Of a stretch of 64,000 nt of DNA, positions 51,189-61,490 are shown piece after piece. Position numbers and translations under genes: made by a program. The number at the start of each line of letters is the position of its first letter. The stretch's first letter is position 1. The stretch covers positions 256,001 through 320,000 of the forward strand of contig OZ242365.1 of NCBI GenBank assembly GCA_965208905.1, in the 5' to 3' direction. This DNA is from Nitrosopumilaceae archaeon (GTDB taxonomy: Archaea; Thermoproteota; Nitrososphaeria; Nitrososphaerales; Nitrosopumilaceae). The notes beneath the pieces were generated by a model that was not told where the DNA came from, made no database searches, and was given only the letters and a program-made list of their open reading frames with translations.

Positions 51189-52109
51189 TTATTTCATAAC
51201 ACCAGGCCTTTTAACGGCATGATTTAGATGCGCATCGCACATATCAACAAGGTGAACCGCCCATGCCTCTGGCGTCTGTGGTGTTATTGGTGAGCCAAAC
51301 TCTTTCTTGCCATGATGACTCAGTATTATGTGCAAAATTTGACGCTCCAGATCAGTATCAAATGATACTCCTATATCACGTAACTGTTTAATCTTCTCTT
51401 GCACCATTATAATACCCAAACCAATGTGTCCCATGTAATCTCCATCGAGTGTATGTGTTATGCCCACATCCATGTCGTATTGTGCAACCTTGCCGATATC
51501 ATGTAGAATACACCCTGCCTTTACCATGTCCGCATCTATGGATGGGTAATTTTGGCATATCACTTTTGATGTATTTACCATGTTTAAGACATGTTCCAAT
51601 AGTCCGCCCAGATAAGCATGATGGTATGATTGGGCGGCAGGCCATCTAGTAAATTTTTCAAAGAATATCTCATCTTTAAAAAGTGAGTTTAATAATAATT
51701 TTAGAGAACCGTTTCGCATGGACTCGATTTCAGTTACCAGTTTTGACTTTAATTGTCCAATATCAATATTAGATATCAATATTAGATCATCCTTGTCATA
51801 CTCTGTGATCGTATGTATGTCATCTACATTTATTGACAATATATTTTGAAACTGTGATGTTGTGCCCCGTACATTTACCACACTGCCTGTAGACAATGAA
51901 TCAAATAATTTCTGCGTTATTACATTATTGTTACCGCCCCAAAACTTGGCTGCCATCTGGCCAGTCTTATCAGATAGCATAACTTCAAACCAGAGTCCAG
52001 GTTTATTTTTGTATGGTCGAAGGGATTTTTTGTCCACTAGAGCAAAATATGATGATACTGGGGTGTGGTTCTTTAAATCACCAAGAAATTGTTTCATATA
52101 TTCAAACAA
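51189..52109 (-). CDS. yhaM: YhaM/Cbf1-type OB-fold plus HD-domain 3'-5' exoribonuclease
   Basis: LSDKTG..AKFW OB fold; PAAQSYHHAYLGGLLEH, LHDIGK, SHHG..EFGSP..P.TPEA. Confidence 0.88.
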   Translation of the reverse strand: MFEYMKQFLGDLKNHTPVSSYFALVDKKSLRPYKNKPGLWFEVMLSDKTGQMAAKFWGGNNNVITQKLFDSLSTGSVVNVRGTTSQFQNILSINVDDIHTITEYDKDDLILISNIDIGQLKSKLVTEIESMRNGSLKLLLNSLFKDEIFFEKFTRWPAAQSYHHAYLGGLLEHVLNMVNTSKVICQNYPSIDADMVKAGCILHDIGKVAQYDMDVGITHTLDGDYMGHIGLGIIMVQEKIKQLRDIGVSFDTDLERQILHIILSHHGKKEFGSPITPQTPEAWAVHLVDMCDAHLNHAVKRPGVMK

Positions 52110-52374
52110 CTTGTTACTAATATTTAGATATAATGATGTTAGACATTACTGATAACCGACCAAAGTTGCTCAAATGTTTGGCAAAGTTTGTTTGATAGAG
52201 TACACATAACAGTAAATTTTTGTTTCTACCTTATGGATTTAAGCAGCTTTTATCCATATGTTTTTTTGGGATATACTTTTAATATTTTTTGTACATTAGT
52301 ATTTAATTAATTTAGCATCATATTCTCAAAAATATCTAGTAGCTTACAAATATTTTAGTAGTGTTTGGCCAATT

Positions 52375-53540
52375 TGAACTGTATATTATATTATTTTTGT
52401 ACTAATTTTTAAAGGATAATAGCTGTTATTTATTTTCAGCCTCCCATTTGTGAGCAAATTACTTGGAGTGGATATTTCAGTGCCGAATGTATTCTGTAGT
52501 AGTTCGTAAATGCATTTGCAAGAACAGCATCAGTATCATGAAAGCATCAGGCATGTGCGGTCAGATATGTCTCCGATTGAGTGTTCTGTGGAAAAATTCC
52601 ACATCTTTATTCTGGTCTGGAGTATTTGTCCATGTACATTTGTATTTTATTTCAAATTCTTACATTAATGCTCTAAACTCGTGATATCATACAGCAAACT
52701 ACTATCAGTTTTGAGTCTCAGTTTCAGAATATTTTTACCTACGCATGATACAGTTTTTAGGATTAATTGTATCACAGTATAGGCCGTAGCTATAAGGTCA
52801 AAGATATGTGCCACTTGGTGTCTGGTGAATATATCTAAAACATTAAAGCAATAGCACCATCCGTCAATGCCGCAATGAATACACATCATATCTGTCTTTA
52901 AGAATTGATTTGGGCCTTGTCGGCGCAAACTTTCTGTGTTGTGAAGCACGAATTATATCCTTTTTTTATTTTAAGATTTAATCCGGTCTATTTTGCAGTA
53001 TATGTGCTGTATTTTTTTTTACGATTAATTGGTATATCTGTCTCTATATTTGGACGGTCGCTCGACGTATTCTGTAGGAGGGAAGCATTGTTGCTATCTA
53101 TCGTATCTTATTTGTGGTGTCTTTATCGATTGGAATAATTCTGAGTTTCTGTGTGTAGTATCTAACGTGTTTTAAAACTCATCAGCTTGTTCATTTTATG
53201 AACTACCTGTACTTCCTCCAAGGTTTTTTTAAGATGTCGCTATACATGCTAATCTCTCCGATTATGAGCTCAAGGTGTGTCATTTCCCGGTATGGTTTTT
53301 GGTAGCATTCCCCTGTCTGTGATAGTCTGCCTCCTTGAAGGAACTCTTTCCATTTAGCTTTGAAACATGGCAGGTGAGATATTGTACCTGTGCTATATTT
53401 TGGTGACGAATATGCTTGTATTAAAAAATTCTCTTATAATATTAGATTTCTCCTGCAAAGTTTGTTTTTTAGTCATACCTCTAGTGATCTCTTTATATCA
53501 AAAATATTCGGTTTTAATCGGTTTTATTCTAGATAGTACC
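52375..53540 (-). mobile_element. Heavily degraded, near full-length IS3-family element (orfA plus orfB pseudogenes)
   Basis: orfA from 53476 (MTKKQT...WKEFLQGG...LELIIGE...DILKK, A7 slippage run); orfB GPNQFLKTDMMCIHCGIDGWCYCFNVLDIFTR...LRLKTD; many stops; boundaries approximate. Confidence 0.75.
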
Positions 53541-53605
53541 CACCAGTCTGTCTTTCAAGATTTAATGGATTCAAAATCTATCTCCCACAAAAAAACAAAA
53601 AATGG

Positions 53606-53974
53606 TTAACCTGTTATCTTCATGGCTGTATAAACTTCTGGCAGAGCATAACAGAAACCACAATGTAGACATTCTTCACTTTCACATGACTCACAGTATA
53701 ATGTGTGGTCTTTGATGACTACCTCTACTACACGATTGCTCTTTCTATCCCGTAATATGACCCTGTCACCGTCTATGCCTATCTTCCTTAACATTAGTGA
53801 GTTGTGTGCAATTGCTTTGTCCTTCATCATACGTCCCTCAAGCATATGCGAGACAAATCTAGAGAGGCTATAGGAGCCTACCTCATTTTTTACATTATCA
53901 CTGCCTATATGCACCCTGAATTGATCGTACAAATAATCAGGGATAGTTATTGATTTGTAACCTGGTTTTGGCAT
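53606..53974 (-). CDS. Hypothetical protein with ribbon-helix-helix-like N-terminus and C-terminal Zn finger
   Basis: MPKPGYKSITIPDYLYDQF; LYCESC....CLH. Confidence 0.7.
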   Translation of the reverse strand: MPKPGYKSITIPDYLYDQFRVHIGSDNVKNEVGSYSLSRFVSHMLEGRMMKDKAIAHNSLMLRKIGIDGDRVILRDRKSNRVVEVVIKDHTLYCESCESEECLHCGFCYALPEVYTAMKITG

Positions 53975-54134
53975 TCTACTTCAGTATATAGTAGTATAAA
54001 GTATATTTAAATTTTGTATATAATTTGTATTAGTTGGTATGTAACAGATGTATGATGTTGAATATCTTTTAGCAATTTGAACCGGTATGCTTTAGGCATT
54101 CTGGCTCTGTAATACTTGGCATCATCGCTATCTA

Positions 54135-54374
54135 TCACATGTTGTCCATGATACACAATCCGTCGCCATTGTGCCCGTATCCCACCATATGGCTGAATTC
54201 ATGTGCCACCGTACGCCGTATTGTCGTTGTATGCATATTCGAGTCCAACCATATCACACCACGAGGAAACGTACCCCTTGTAGCCTTACCGCATGTGTTG
54301 GTAGAAAGTGGCTTGAATTTTATCACCAATGGTGCGCCGCGGTGCACGTATAAACACCAGTTGCAGATTAGCAT
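54135..54374 (-). pseudogene. Metzincin-type zinc metalloprotease fragment
   Basis: TVAHEFSHMVGYGH followed by CIM Met-turn; ORF too short for a full protease. Confidence 0.55.
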
Positions 54375-54709
54375 AACTTCAGGTCTTGCACAATCTCATC
54401 TGTGAAACTGCCATATTAAGCACTTTAAAATAATGTGATAGTATAGCATCCTTTTGCGCAAGTGGTTTGTTATGTCACATTTTGTTGTGTTTTTTTGGCC
54501 TATTCTGTGTATAATAACAATCTCTACAAGCTCTTATCTTTGTAGATGAAATCATAGAATTGCATGCCCAAAAGACATGATTAGAGATAATATCTACTCT
54601 ATAATCTAATTGAGAAAAAAGAACGTGCCTTAGTGAGATAATAAATTGTGAAACACCATTGAGAAGCCAATGCAGTTAAAATATATTTTGCCAATATACA
54701 ATTTTCTCT

Positions 54710-55696
54710 ATGTTTCCAAAAAAGCGCCTGCGTCGACTGCGAAAGTCTGATGGCATACGTCGACTGGTACAAGAGAGCCGCCTAAGTGTAGATGATTTGG
54801 TGTATCCTATACTTATCGGGGAGGGATTGAGTGAACCTCAAACCACAAAGTCTATGCCAGACATACAGATAATGCCTCCTCACATGATACATGATGAGAT
54901 GCAAAAGATACAAGAAGATGGAATATCCGCAGTGATGCTCTATGGAATACCACAGAGAAAGGATGGCATAGGCAGCTCGGCTTATGACAAAGATGGTGTG
55001 GTGCAGAACGCTATACGAGAGACACGAAGATCAACTCCAGATATGGTGATAATGGCGGATGTCTCCATGTGTCAGTATACGGATACAGGTCACTGTGGCA
55101 TATATGGTAAAGATACAGTGGACAACGATGCAACAATACGATATCTAGGAGAGATTGCCGCTAGCTATGCCAAGGTCGGGGTTGATGTGGTGTCACCATC
55201 GGCAATGATGGATGGTCAGGTTGCCGCTATAAGATCACGTCTTGACGATGAAGGGTATACCAATGTAACAATAATGTCACAGTCTGCCAAACACCACTCA
55301 TCACTATATGCGCCGTTCAGAGATACGGCCGATTGCGCCCCTAAATGGGGGGATCGTAGTGAATATCAGATATCGTACACAAACTCACGTCAAGCCATGT
55401 TGGAGGTAGCCTCAGATATTGCCGAAGGAGCCGATATCATCATGATAAAACCCGCAGCCATGTACCTGGACCTAGTGGCAGAATCTCGTAGGCGCTTTGA
55501 TGTACCTATAGCTGCATATAGTGCATCGGGTGAGTATGCGTTGGTACATGCGGCTCATACGCAAGGACTCATAGACAAAGATGCCGTCATTTTAGAGATG
55601 CTCGGGTCAATAAAGAGGGCGGGTGCCGACATAATCGTCACATATTTTGCCCCAGAAGTGTCTAGGTTATTACGGAGAACAGGTGGTCAGGATTAA
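54710..55696 (+). CDS. hemB: Porphobilinogen synthase (ALA dehydratase)
   Basis: RLRRLR, CQYTDTGHCG, SPSAMMDG, YAPFRD, EGADIIMIKP, SGEY, KRAGAD. Confidence 0.96.
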   Translation: MFPKKRLRRLRKSDGIRRLVQESRLSVDDLVYPILIGEGLSEPQTTKSMPDIQIMPPHMIHDEMQKIQEDGISAVMLYGIPQRKDGIGSSAYDKDGVVQNAIRETRRSTPDMVIMADVSMCQYTDTGHCGIYGKDTVDNDATIRYLGEIAASYAKVGVDVVSPSAMMDGQVAAIRSRLDDEGYTNVTIMSQSAKHHSSLYAPFRDTADCAPKWGDRSEYQISYTNSRQAMLEVASDIAEGADIIMIKPAAMYLDLVAESRRRFDVPIAAYSASGEYALVHAAHTQGLIDKDAVILEMLGSIKRAGADIIVTYFAPEVSRLLRRTGGQD

Positions 55697-56142
55697 CGTG
55701 TATGTTAGGGTGCGCGATGAGCGCAAGTATATCATGGCGTAAAACTTGCTGAAGATGGTAAGATGTAGATTGCTAAAAGATTTAGACAGTTAGCTACTCT
55801 TTAGAAAAACAGAATTTTGAATCATCAAGAGACCAGAGTTACTGGGATATAATAAAGGAGTCACCAGCGACCACAAATCACATCATCGCTATGTGGTATT
55901 ATTAACCTTGAAACAGGTCTCCTGTGTGACTATGATTAGCCACTTTGAGTATTATATTATTTAATTGCAAAATCGGTAAGAGTTACGGGCCTGTATTGTA
56001 TAACTAAGAATGGTGTGTAGTAGAAATAGAGGCCAAGTTTGGCCAGATGTCATTCTGCTACAAATGTTGCCAGTGTTACAGTCCAACTGTATATGATCAT
56101 TTATATCTTTGCAATAATTTCTCGTATCTGTGAGAAGAATTT

Positions 56143-58044
56143 ATGGCGTTAGCAGGAATAGAGTTAAAGTATATAGTCAATTACATAGATAATGAAACAG
56201 AAGGGTACTATGTCAGTAACATATATGGAATAGATAGGGACAGTATATTATTCAAGTTACATCATCCAGACAAACCTGACATACTGCTGGTTTTATCCAC
56301 ATCCGGAGTATGGATAACCAGTACACGAATCACACAGATAGAGGAGAACAGACTAGTCCGGCGTCTACGAAGCGACCTGTTACGATTAAAATTAAAGAGT
56401 GTAGAGCAGGTAGGACTTGAGAGGATTGCATATATAAAATTTGGAGGTTTTGATAAGGAATTTGTTGTGGTGGGAGAGTTCTTTAAGGACGGAAACATAA
56501 TCCTGTGCAACGACAAAAAGAAGGTGCTAGCCCTACAGCATTCAATTGACGTGAGACATCGAAGTATAAGTGTGGGTCAAGAGTATACACAGCCACCACA
56601 GAATGGATTAGATCCGCTTGATCTCAAACTCAGTGACTTTAATAGTATAAAAGATACAAAGATGGTCTGCGCTCGATGGTTGGGAAGACAGTTAGGACTA
56701 CCTCGCCGATACGCTGAAGGCATACCATATAATGCAAATATAGAACCAAGCAAGAGTGGAGATACTCTAAGCAAAGATGAAATTACATTACTGTATAACT
56801 CTGCCAGACAGATAGTATCGGATGTTATAGAAGGAAGGCACGCTCCTACCATTTGGAAGGAGGGGGGCGAGGCATACCCCATAAAACTTGGAGAACAAAA
56901 AGACCTTACAGTTGTGGATAGTTTTATGGTAGGACTAGATGTAACGCTAACGCAACAGATACTACAGAAGGGTAGGGAGTCACAGGGTGGTGAATCGTCC
57001 ACTAAGGTGGAGTCATTAAAGTCGCAATTAAACGAGCAGAAGAGAGCAATACAGACAGTTACTAATAGGTCTGCATCAATTACCAATGTAGCCAATTCAT
57101 TATACACAATACTCTCTCAGGGGATACTCAGGCTGGATGCAAAAGAAGCCACAGAGATGCTAGCTCAGAATGGCGCTACACTAACAAAAGAGAAAGGTAT
57201 TCCCATCTTAAAGATCTTAGATGAAAAAATAAAGATAAATCTAGACGCACCACTGCAGTCCACTGCTTCTACATTATATACAGAGGCAAAGAGACAGTCG
57301 GCTGCCATTAAATCCATAGAAAAAATTATGGAAAAAACACGTAAAAAGATAGAGAGAGCCACCGACGAAACTCAAAAGCAACAGGAGAGCATCACGTATG
57401 CGCAGGTTCGAAAGAAAAATTGGTTTGAGAGATATAGGTGGTTTTTTACTACAGATGGTTCTTTGGCGATAGGTGGTCGTGATGCCCCTTCAAACTCTGC
57501 AGTTGTACGACGACATATGAAGGATAATGACTTTGTGTTTCACGCCGAGATATACGGCTCCCCATTCTTTATACTAAAAGAGGAGAAGCCCACAAATCTA
57601 AGTTTGGAAGAGGTAGCAGAAGCAACAATCTGTTTTAGCCGTGTATGGAGAGAAGGCATGTACGGTGTTGGCGCATATTGGGTACATCCAGATCAAGTTA
57701 AAAAGTCAGCCCCCAGCGGACAGTACCTACCCAAGGGATCATTTACAATAGAGGGACAGCGGAACTTTATCAAGGCGGGCAACAATATGAAGTTAGCCGT
57801 GGGCATGATACAGTATGAGGGAGACTCGTTGTTGACTTGCGGTCCACCAAATGCCATATCAAAGCACTCGGATGCATACGTCGTAATAGAACCCACAGGT
57901 TTAGACATGGTAGATGCTGCCAAAAAAATACGAAATGAGTTTTTGCGCATGAAGAAGCACGACTCCAAAGAATATACGATAGATGATTATGTTCGCATAC
58001 TACCTGCAGGGAGTAGCCGCATACTGCATGTACATGACGCATAA
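56143..58044 (+). CDS. rqcH: Ribosome quality-control protein RqcH/NEMF (NFACT, fibronectin-binding A family)
   Basis: ERI..F..EFF.DGNIIL, WFERYRWFFT, GGRDA..N, QVKKSAPSGQYLPKGSF.IEGQRN. Confidence 0.93.
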   Translation: MALAGIELKYIVNYIDNETEGYYVSNIYGIDRDSILFKLHHPDKPDILLVLSTSGVWITSTRITQIEENRLVRRLRSDLLRLKLKSVEQVGLERIAYIKFGGFDKEFVVVGEFFKDGNIILCNDKKKVLALQHSIDVRHRSISVGQEYTQPPQNGLDPLDLKLSDFNSIKDTKMVCARWLGRQLGLPRRYAEGIPYNANIEPSKSGDTLSKDEITLLYNSARQIVSDVIEGRHAPTIWKEGGEAYPIKLGEQKDLTVVDSFMVGLDVTLTQQILQKGRESQGGESSTKVESLKSQLNEQKRAIQTVTNRSASITNVANSLYTILSQGILRLDAKEATEMLAQNGATLTKEKGIPILKILDEKIKINLDAPLQSTASTLYTEAKRQSAAIKSIEKIMEKTRKKIERATDETQKQQESITYAQVRKKNWFERYRWFFTTDGSLAIGGRDAPSNSAVVRRHMKDNDFVFHAEIYGSPFFILKEEKPTNLSLEEVAEATICFSRVWREGMYGVGAYWVHPDQVKKSAPSGQYLPKGSFTIEGQRNFIKAGNNMKLAVGMIQYEGDSLLTCGPPNAISKHSDAYVVIEPTGLDMVDAAKKIRNEFLRMKKHDSKEYTIDDYVRILPAGSSRILHVHDA

Positions 58045-58447
58045 GTTTTTAGCAGATTCCATGGTGGGCGATGTGGCCAGAAATATGCGCATGTTGGGTC
58101 ATGACACCGAATATTATCCACACATGACACAATATGATACTTTACAGTATGCCACGACAACAGGTCGAATAATACTGACAAAGAATCAGAGGTTATTAAA
58201 GAAGGGTGTCTGCACAATATATGCTACAACTACACACGGCATAATGAAAAAAATAGTTGATACATTTGGTATAGCCACCGATATTGTCGTAAGTAAATCC
58301 AGATGTAGCATATGCAACGGTGAGCAGAGAGATATGGATGGTACAAGGAGACAATGCATACTGTGTGGTAAGATATACTGGGATGGGACGCACATCGAAC
58401 ATATGCGACAGATAGCAAAGACGTGGTGGCAATCTAGTCGCGTGTGA
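58034..58447 (+). CDS. Mut7-C (DUF82) PIN-like RNase with Zn ribbon
   Basis: FLADSMVG.VAR.MRMLGHDT, RIILT, RCSICNG, CILCGKIYWDGTH. Confidence 0.88.
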   Translation: MTHKFLADSMVGDVARNMRMLGHDTEYYPHMTQYDTLQYATTTGRIILTKNQRLLKKGVCTIYATTTHGIMKKIVDTFGIATDIVVSKSRCSICNGEQRDMDGTRRQCILCGKIYWDGTHIEHMRQIAKTWWQSSRV

Positions 58448-58814
58448 TGGTGCCAGCATCCACATCTACTGTTATTTTGGAGTTGTTCTGTAGTTTCATC
58501 TCAGATACGTCAAGTATTGCCAAAGGTATGTTGGCCACTGCACAACCGGTTACGACTGTAAGGTCAGGACGCCCACATAGCATGGCAGATGGTGCTACAT
58601 TATTGATTTTTAGAGAGTGTATCGTATAGGCTCCCACACTACTTCCTATGCCATGTGGAAATGCCAGTATCGTGTCTCGTAGAGATCGTTTGTATAGATC
58701 ATGTGATGCGTCCTGTATTACTCCAGTGTCTTTATTTATCATACCCAAAAAGTTGATGGGTTGATCAGTATGCACCAGTATGCCTGTGGCACGGCCTCCC
58801 ACCAATCGCTTCAT
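58434..58814 (-). CDS. Aconitase X swivel subunit (phosphomevalonate dehydratase small subunit-like)
   Basis: PINFLG....TG.I.D..H, GIGSSVGAY, AVANIP. Confidence 0.88.
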   Translation of the reverse strand: MKRLVGGRATGILVHTDQPINFLGMINKDTGVIQDASHDLYKRSLRDTILAFPHGIGSSVGAYTIHSLKINNVAPSAMLCGRPDLTVVTGCAVANIPLAILDVSEMKLQNNSKITVDVDAGTITRD

Positions 58815-59956
58815 CGAGAATACTCCCGTATTATATCCTGAAGTGATTTTAGTGATACATCAAGGCCGTTTGATTTCTGTAGGTAGTAGGCCCCCTTGAT
58901 ACTATTTGTTATGACACCATCAGTGTCATCAGTGGATAACAGGGGTGTCAGGCATGCGCAGCAGTCCGCCAAAAGATGTACATTGGCCCTCTCCAAAGTC
59001 TCTATGTGTGGGGCAGCAGACTCTTTGACTGTGCGGGGACAGAAAAGCATGCACCTTTTGGTGAAGCGACGGCCCCGTAGCATCTCAATCAGTGATTCTA
59101 TCTCTGGTAGTGACAACTGTGGACTTCCCAGTATTATGGTGTCTCCAGTCTCAGCAGTATTTAGTTCATCATGAATCTTCTTTGCCTCTTGTCTACCAAA
59201 GGATATATGTTCTGTGTCAGGTGCAGTATCCGTGGTGAATTTGGCGCATGTGCCCGAAGTTCCCATACCTCCACACAACGCTTTGCATGCCCGTCGGTCT
59301 GATGGTACAGCGCCAGATATGGAGACGCACTTCTCAGAGACCCTTCCTGCAAAGAGACCCAACATGCCCCAGTCCAACTCTGTCAGATTAGGCATATCCA
59401 CATCTACGGTAACGTCTGGGGAGATATCTCCGCGAAATTCATTATAGGGACTCTTGCCGGTCAGTGCGCTAGCCAAGGCGCTAAAGGAACTCTCCTTGTT
59501 GGTCTTTAGTTTATCCAGTGAATTAGCATGAATAGCCGCATTGCTTTCAGCAAAAGATACTTGTGTGCCCGCTGTGGGAATATCGAATATATCGTATGGT
59601 ATGCAAGAGAATGATGTCTCGACGCCCATCATCTTATATGATGTTTTTATTGACTCTTGTTTCTTTATGAATTCGTCTGTGATGGCATATTCGTGTACTG
59701 TGTCCTTGTCGAATCCCGCTGGATTCAGTGTTGTCCTTACTTGTACTCTGGCTTTATGTCGTATGGATCGTAAAAACTGCTCACCAGCATCGCCAATTGT
59801 ATTGTAATTGACACCAGATAGATGGACCCAATGTATAGGAATCAATCTGTCCGCGTCGGTCGCCTCGCCAGTGGCTACAAGTATGCGGTAGGCCATCTGT
59901 AGTATGTCGCCATGCTCGCCTCTTAGAGCACCTTCCTCGTACTTTGTCAGTATCAT
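58811..59956 (-). CDS. Aconitase X catalytic subunit (phosphomevalonate dehydratase large subunit-like)
   Basis: LT..E..L.GEHG, HLSGVNYNTIGDAG, TLNP, SCIPY, AESNA, GSPQLS, TNS.KGA.Y. Confidence 0.9.
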   Translation of the reverse strand: MILTKYEEGALRGEHGDILQMAYRILVATGEATDADRLIPIHWVHLSGVNYNTIGDAGEQFLRSIRHKARVQVRTTLNPAGFDKDTVHEYAITDEFIKKQESIKTSYKMMGVETSFSCIPYDIFDIPTAGTQVSFAESNAAIHANSLDKLKTNKESSFSALASALTGKSPYNEFRGDISPDVTVDVDMPNLTELDWGMLGLFAGRVSEKCVSISGAVPSDRRACKALCGGMGTSGTCAKFTTDTAPDTEHISFGRQEAKKIHDELNTAETGDTIILGSPQLSLPEIESLIEMLRGRRFTKRCMLFCPRTVKESAAPHIETLERANVHLLADCCACLTPLLSTDDTDGVITNSIKGAYYLQKSNGLDVSLKSLQDIIREYSR

Positions 59957-60013
59957 GAATATCATATCATCATAACACTATATTATATGCGCATACAGGT
60001 TGCATATATTGTG

Positions 60014-60715
60014 ATGTATGACATATCCATAACGCTAGATGGTATGCGGGATACAATGAAGGCAGAGAAGCCGCCCCGAATAACCGCGCTACGGGAGTTG
60101 CACGATGCCGAAGACCGGGGGCCTTTCAGTATACTGATAGGAACCATACTGTCTGCTAGAACTCGAGATGAGAATACGGCCAAGGTTGTGCGAGCACTCT
60201 TTGATGTATACAGTACACCGGCCGAGTTAGCTGCTGCGGACTATGATGATGTTAAAAAGATAATCAAATCTATAGGATTTTACCGTGTAAAAGCCAAAAG
60301 AATCATAGATGTTGCTAAAATCATAGTAGAACGGTATGATGGCCAGGTACCCGATGATATGGAAGGTTTGATATCACTACCTGGTGTAGGTAGAAAGACG
60401 GCCAACTGTGTCTTGGTGTACGCCTTTGAGAAGCCTGCCATTCCTGTGGATATACATGTACACCGTATATCAAATCGATTGGGCATTGTAAATACAAAGA
60501 CTCCAGAGGAGACTGAGATGGAACTACAAAGGATAATACCTCAAAATTACTGGTTGGAGATAAATGACACATTTGTAATGTATGGTCAAAACATATGCAA
60601 ACCCATATCACCCATGTGCAATGTATGCCGTATTCAGGACAAATGCGCCTTTTACTCTATGAGCGCCTCTTTGAAAGGAAGAGAGCCCCCACCAAAATCC
60701 CCACCGCAGCAGTGA
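60014..60715 (+). CDS. nth: Endonuclease III
   Basis: ILSARTRD, GFY..KA, LPGVGRKTAN, VDIHVHRISNRLG, Cx6Cx2Cx5C; start approximate. Confidence 0.96.
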   Translation: MYDISITLDGMRDTMKAEKPPRITALRELHDAEDRGPFSILIGTILSARTRDENTAKVVRALFDVYSTPAELAAADYDDVKKIIKSIGFYRVKAKRIIDVAKIIVERYDGQVPDDMEGLISLPGVGRKTANCVLVYAFEKPAIPVDIHVHRISNRLGIVNTKTPEETEMELQRIIPQNYWLEINDTFVMYGQNICKPISPMCNVCRIQDKCAFYSMSASLKGREPPPKSPPQQ

Positions 60716-61340
60716 TCACAAATGGAAACAGGGCATAGATGTTGTCTGTGGGATTTCCTGAAAGAAACTCCACCAGCAAGAATCCTGAGTTTGTAGCTTG
60801 TGGATCAGAGGTGGCCTCCATGCCAAAGACCGAATACGAGCCAACTACAAATGTGCCCACATCAAGATTGCTTACCACAATTCTTTCACCATTATTCACG
60901 GTGAGTCCGCCCCGGTCTGTATATGAAAGGTTCACCCGAGCGTCAGGAAACCAGCCACGGTCTGTATTGCTGTGTATGACGACGTATCCTTCCCGGGGCA
61001 TCTGGGCCGCTAGCCAAAACTTATGATCTGGATTGGCACCCATACCCACCTCAATGAACCGGTCTGGATCAAACGCATCGTGTATGCGCAGTACAGCGTT
61101 ACCCAAAGGATTGGCGTACAATATATCGTTGGATATTGTTATCTGCCAGCTTATTGGGTGGTTTTCATTTAGTTGTACTGTGGAGGCATCACGGCCCACC
61201 CGATTGAACTCGAACCATGGTATCTCTACCTCCTGTATGGATAATGAGGGGTTTTTGACGTCTTGCGCCGATACTGACTGTATAGGTATGGATATCAGTA
61301 TAGATACAAGTAGTACAACAGTACACTGTTTAATTCGCAT
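60657..61340 (-). CDS. Hypothetical exported, C-terminally membrane-anchored protein
   Basis: Signal peptide ending VSA, beta-rich core, C-terminal TM followed by KRRS. Confidence 0.7.
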   Translation of the reverse strand: MRIKQCTVVLLVSILISIPIQSVSAQDVKNPSLSIQEVEIPWFEFNRVGRDASTVQLNENHPISWQITISNDILYANPLGNAVLRIHDAFDPDRFIEVGMGANPDHKFWLAAQMPREGYVVIHSNTDRGWFPDARVNLSYTDRGGLTVNNGERIVVSNLDVGTFVVGSYSVFGMEATSDPQATNSGFLLVEFLSGNPTDNIYALFPFVITAAVGILVGALFLSKRRS

Positions 61341-61490
61341 CAAATCAGATATGTTACGGAGCGATAAATATCTAATCTGAGATATAGCCCTGTGCAAACT
61401 TCACTACGGCGAAGAAATGCCGTAAATCCTAAAATCTAAAAGTCCGTCATGTGTAATCCCGTACAATATGAGAGCTGACAGGCTAGAAAC

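Noticed and set aside
60657-60715. 59-bp convergent overlap of nth with the neighbouring gene
   Set aside because: Low-complexity tail after the Fe-S motif; probably a lost stop codon
61405-61424. Hairpin TACGGC-N8-GCCGTA downstream of sat
   Set aside because: A 6-bp stem without further support
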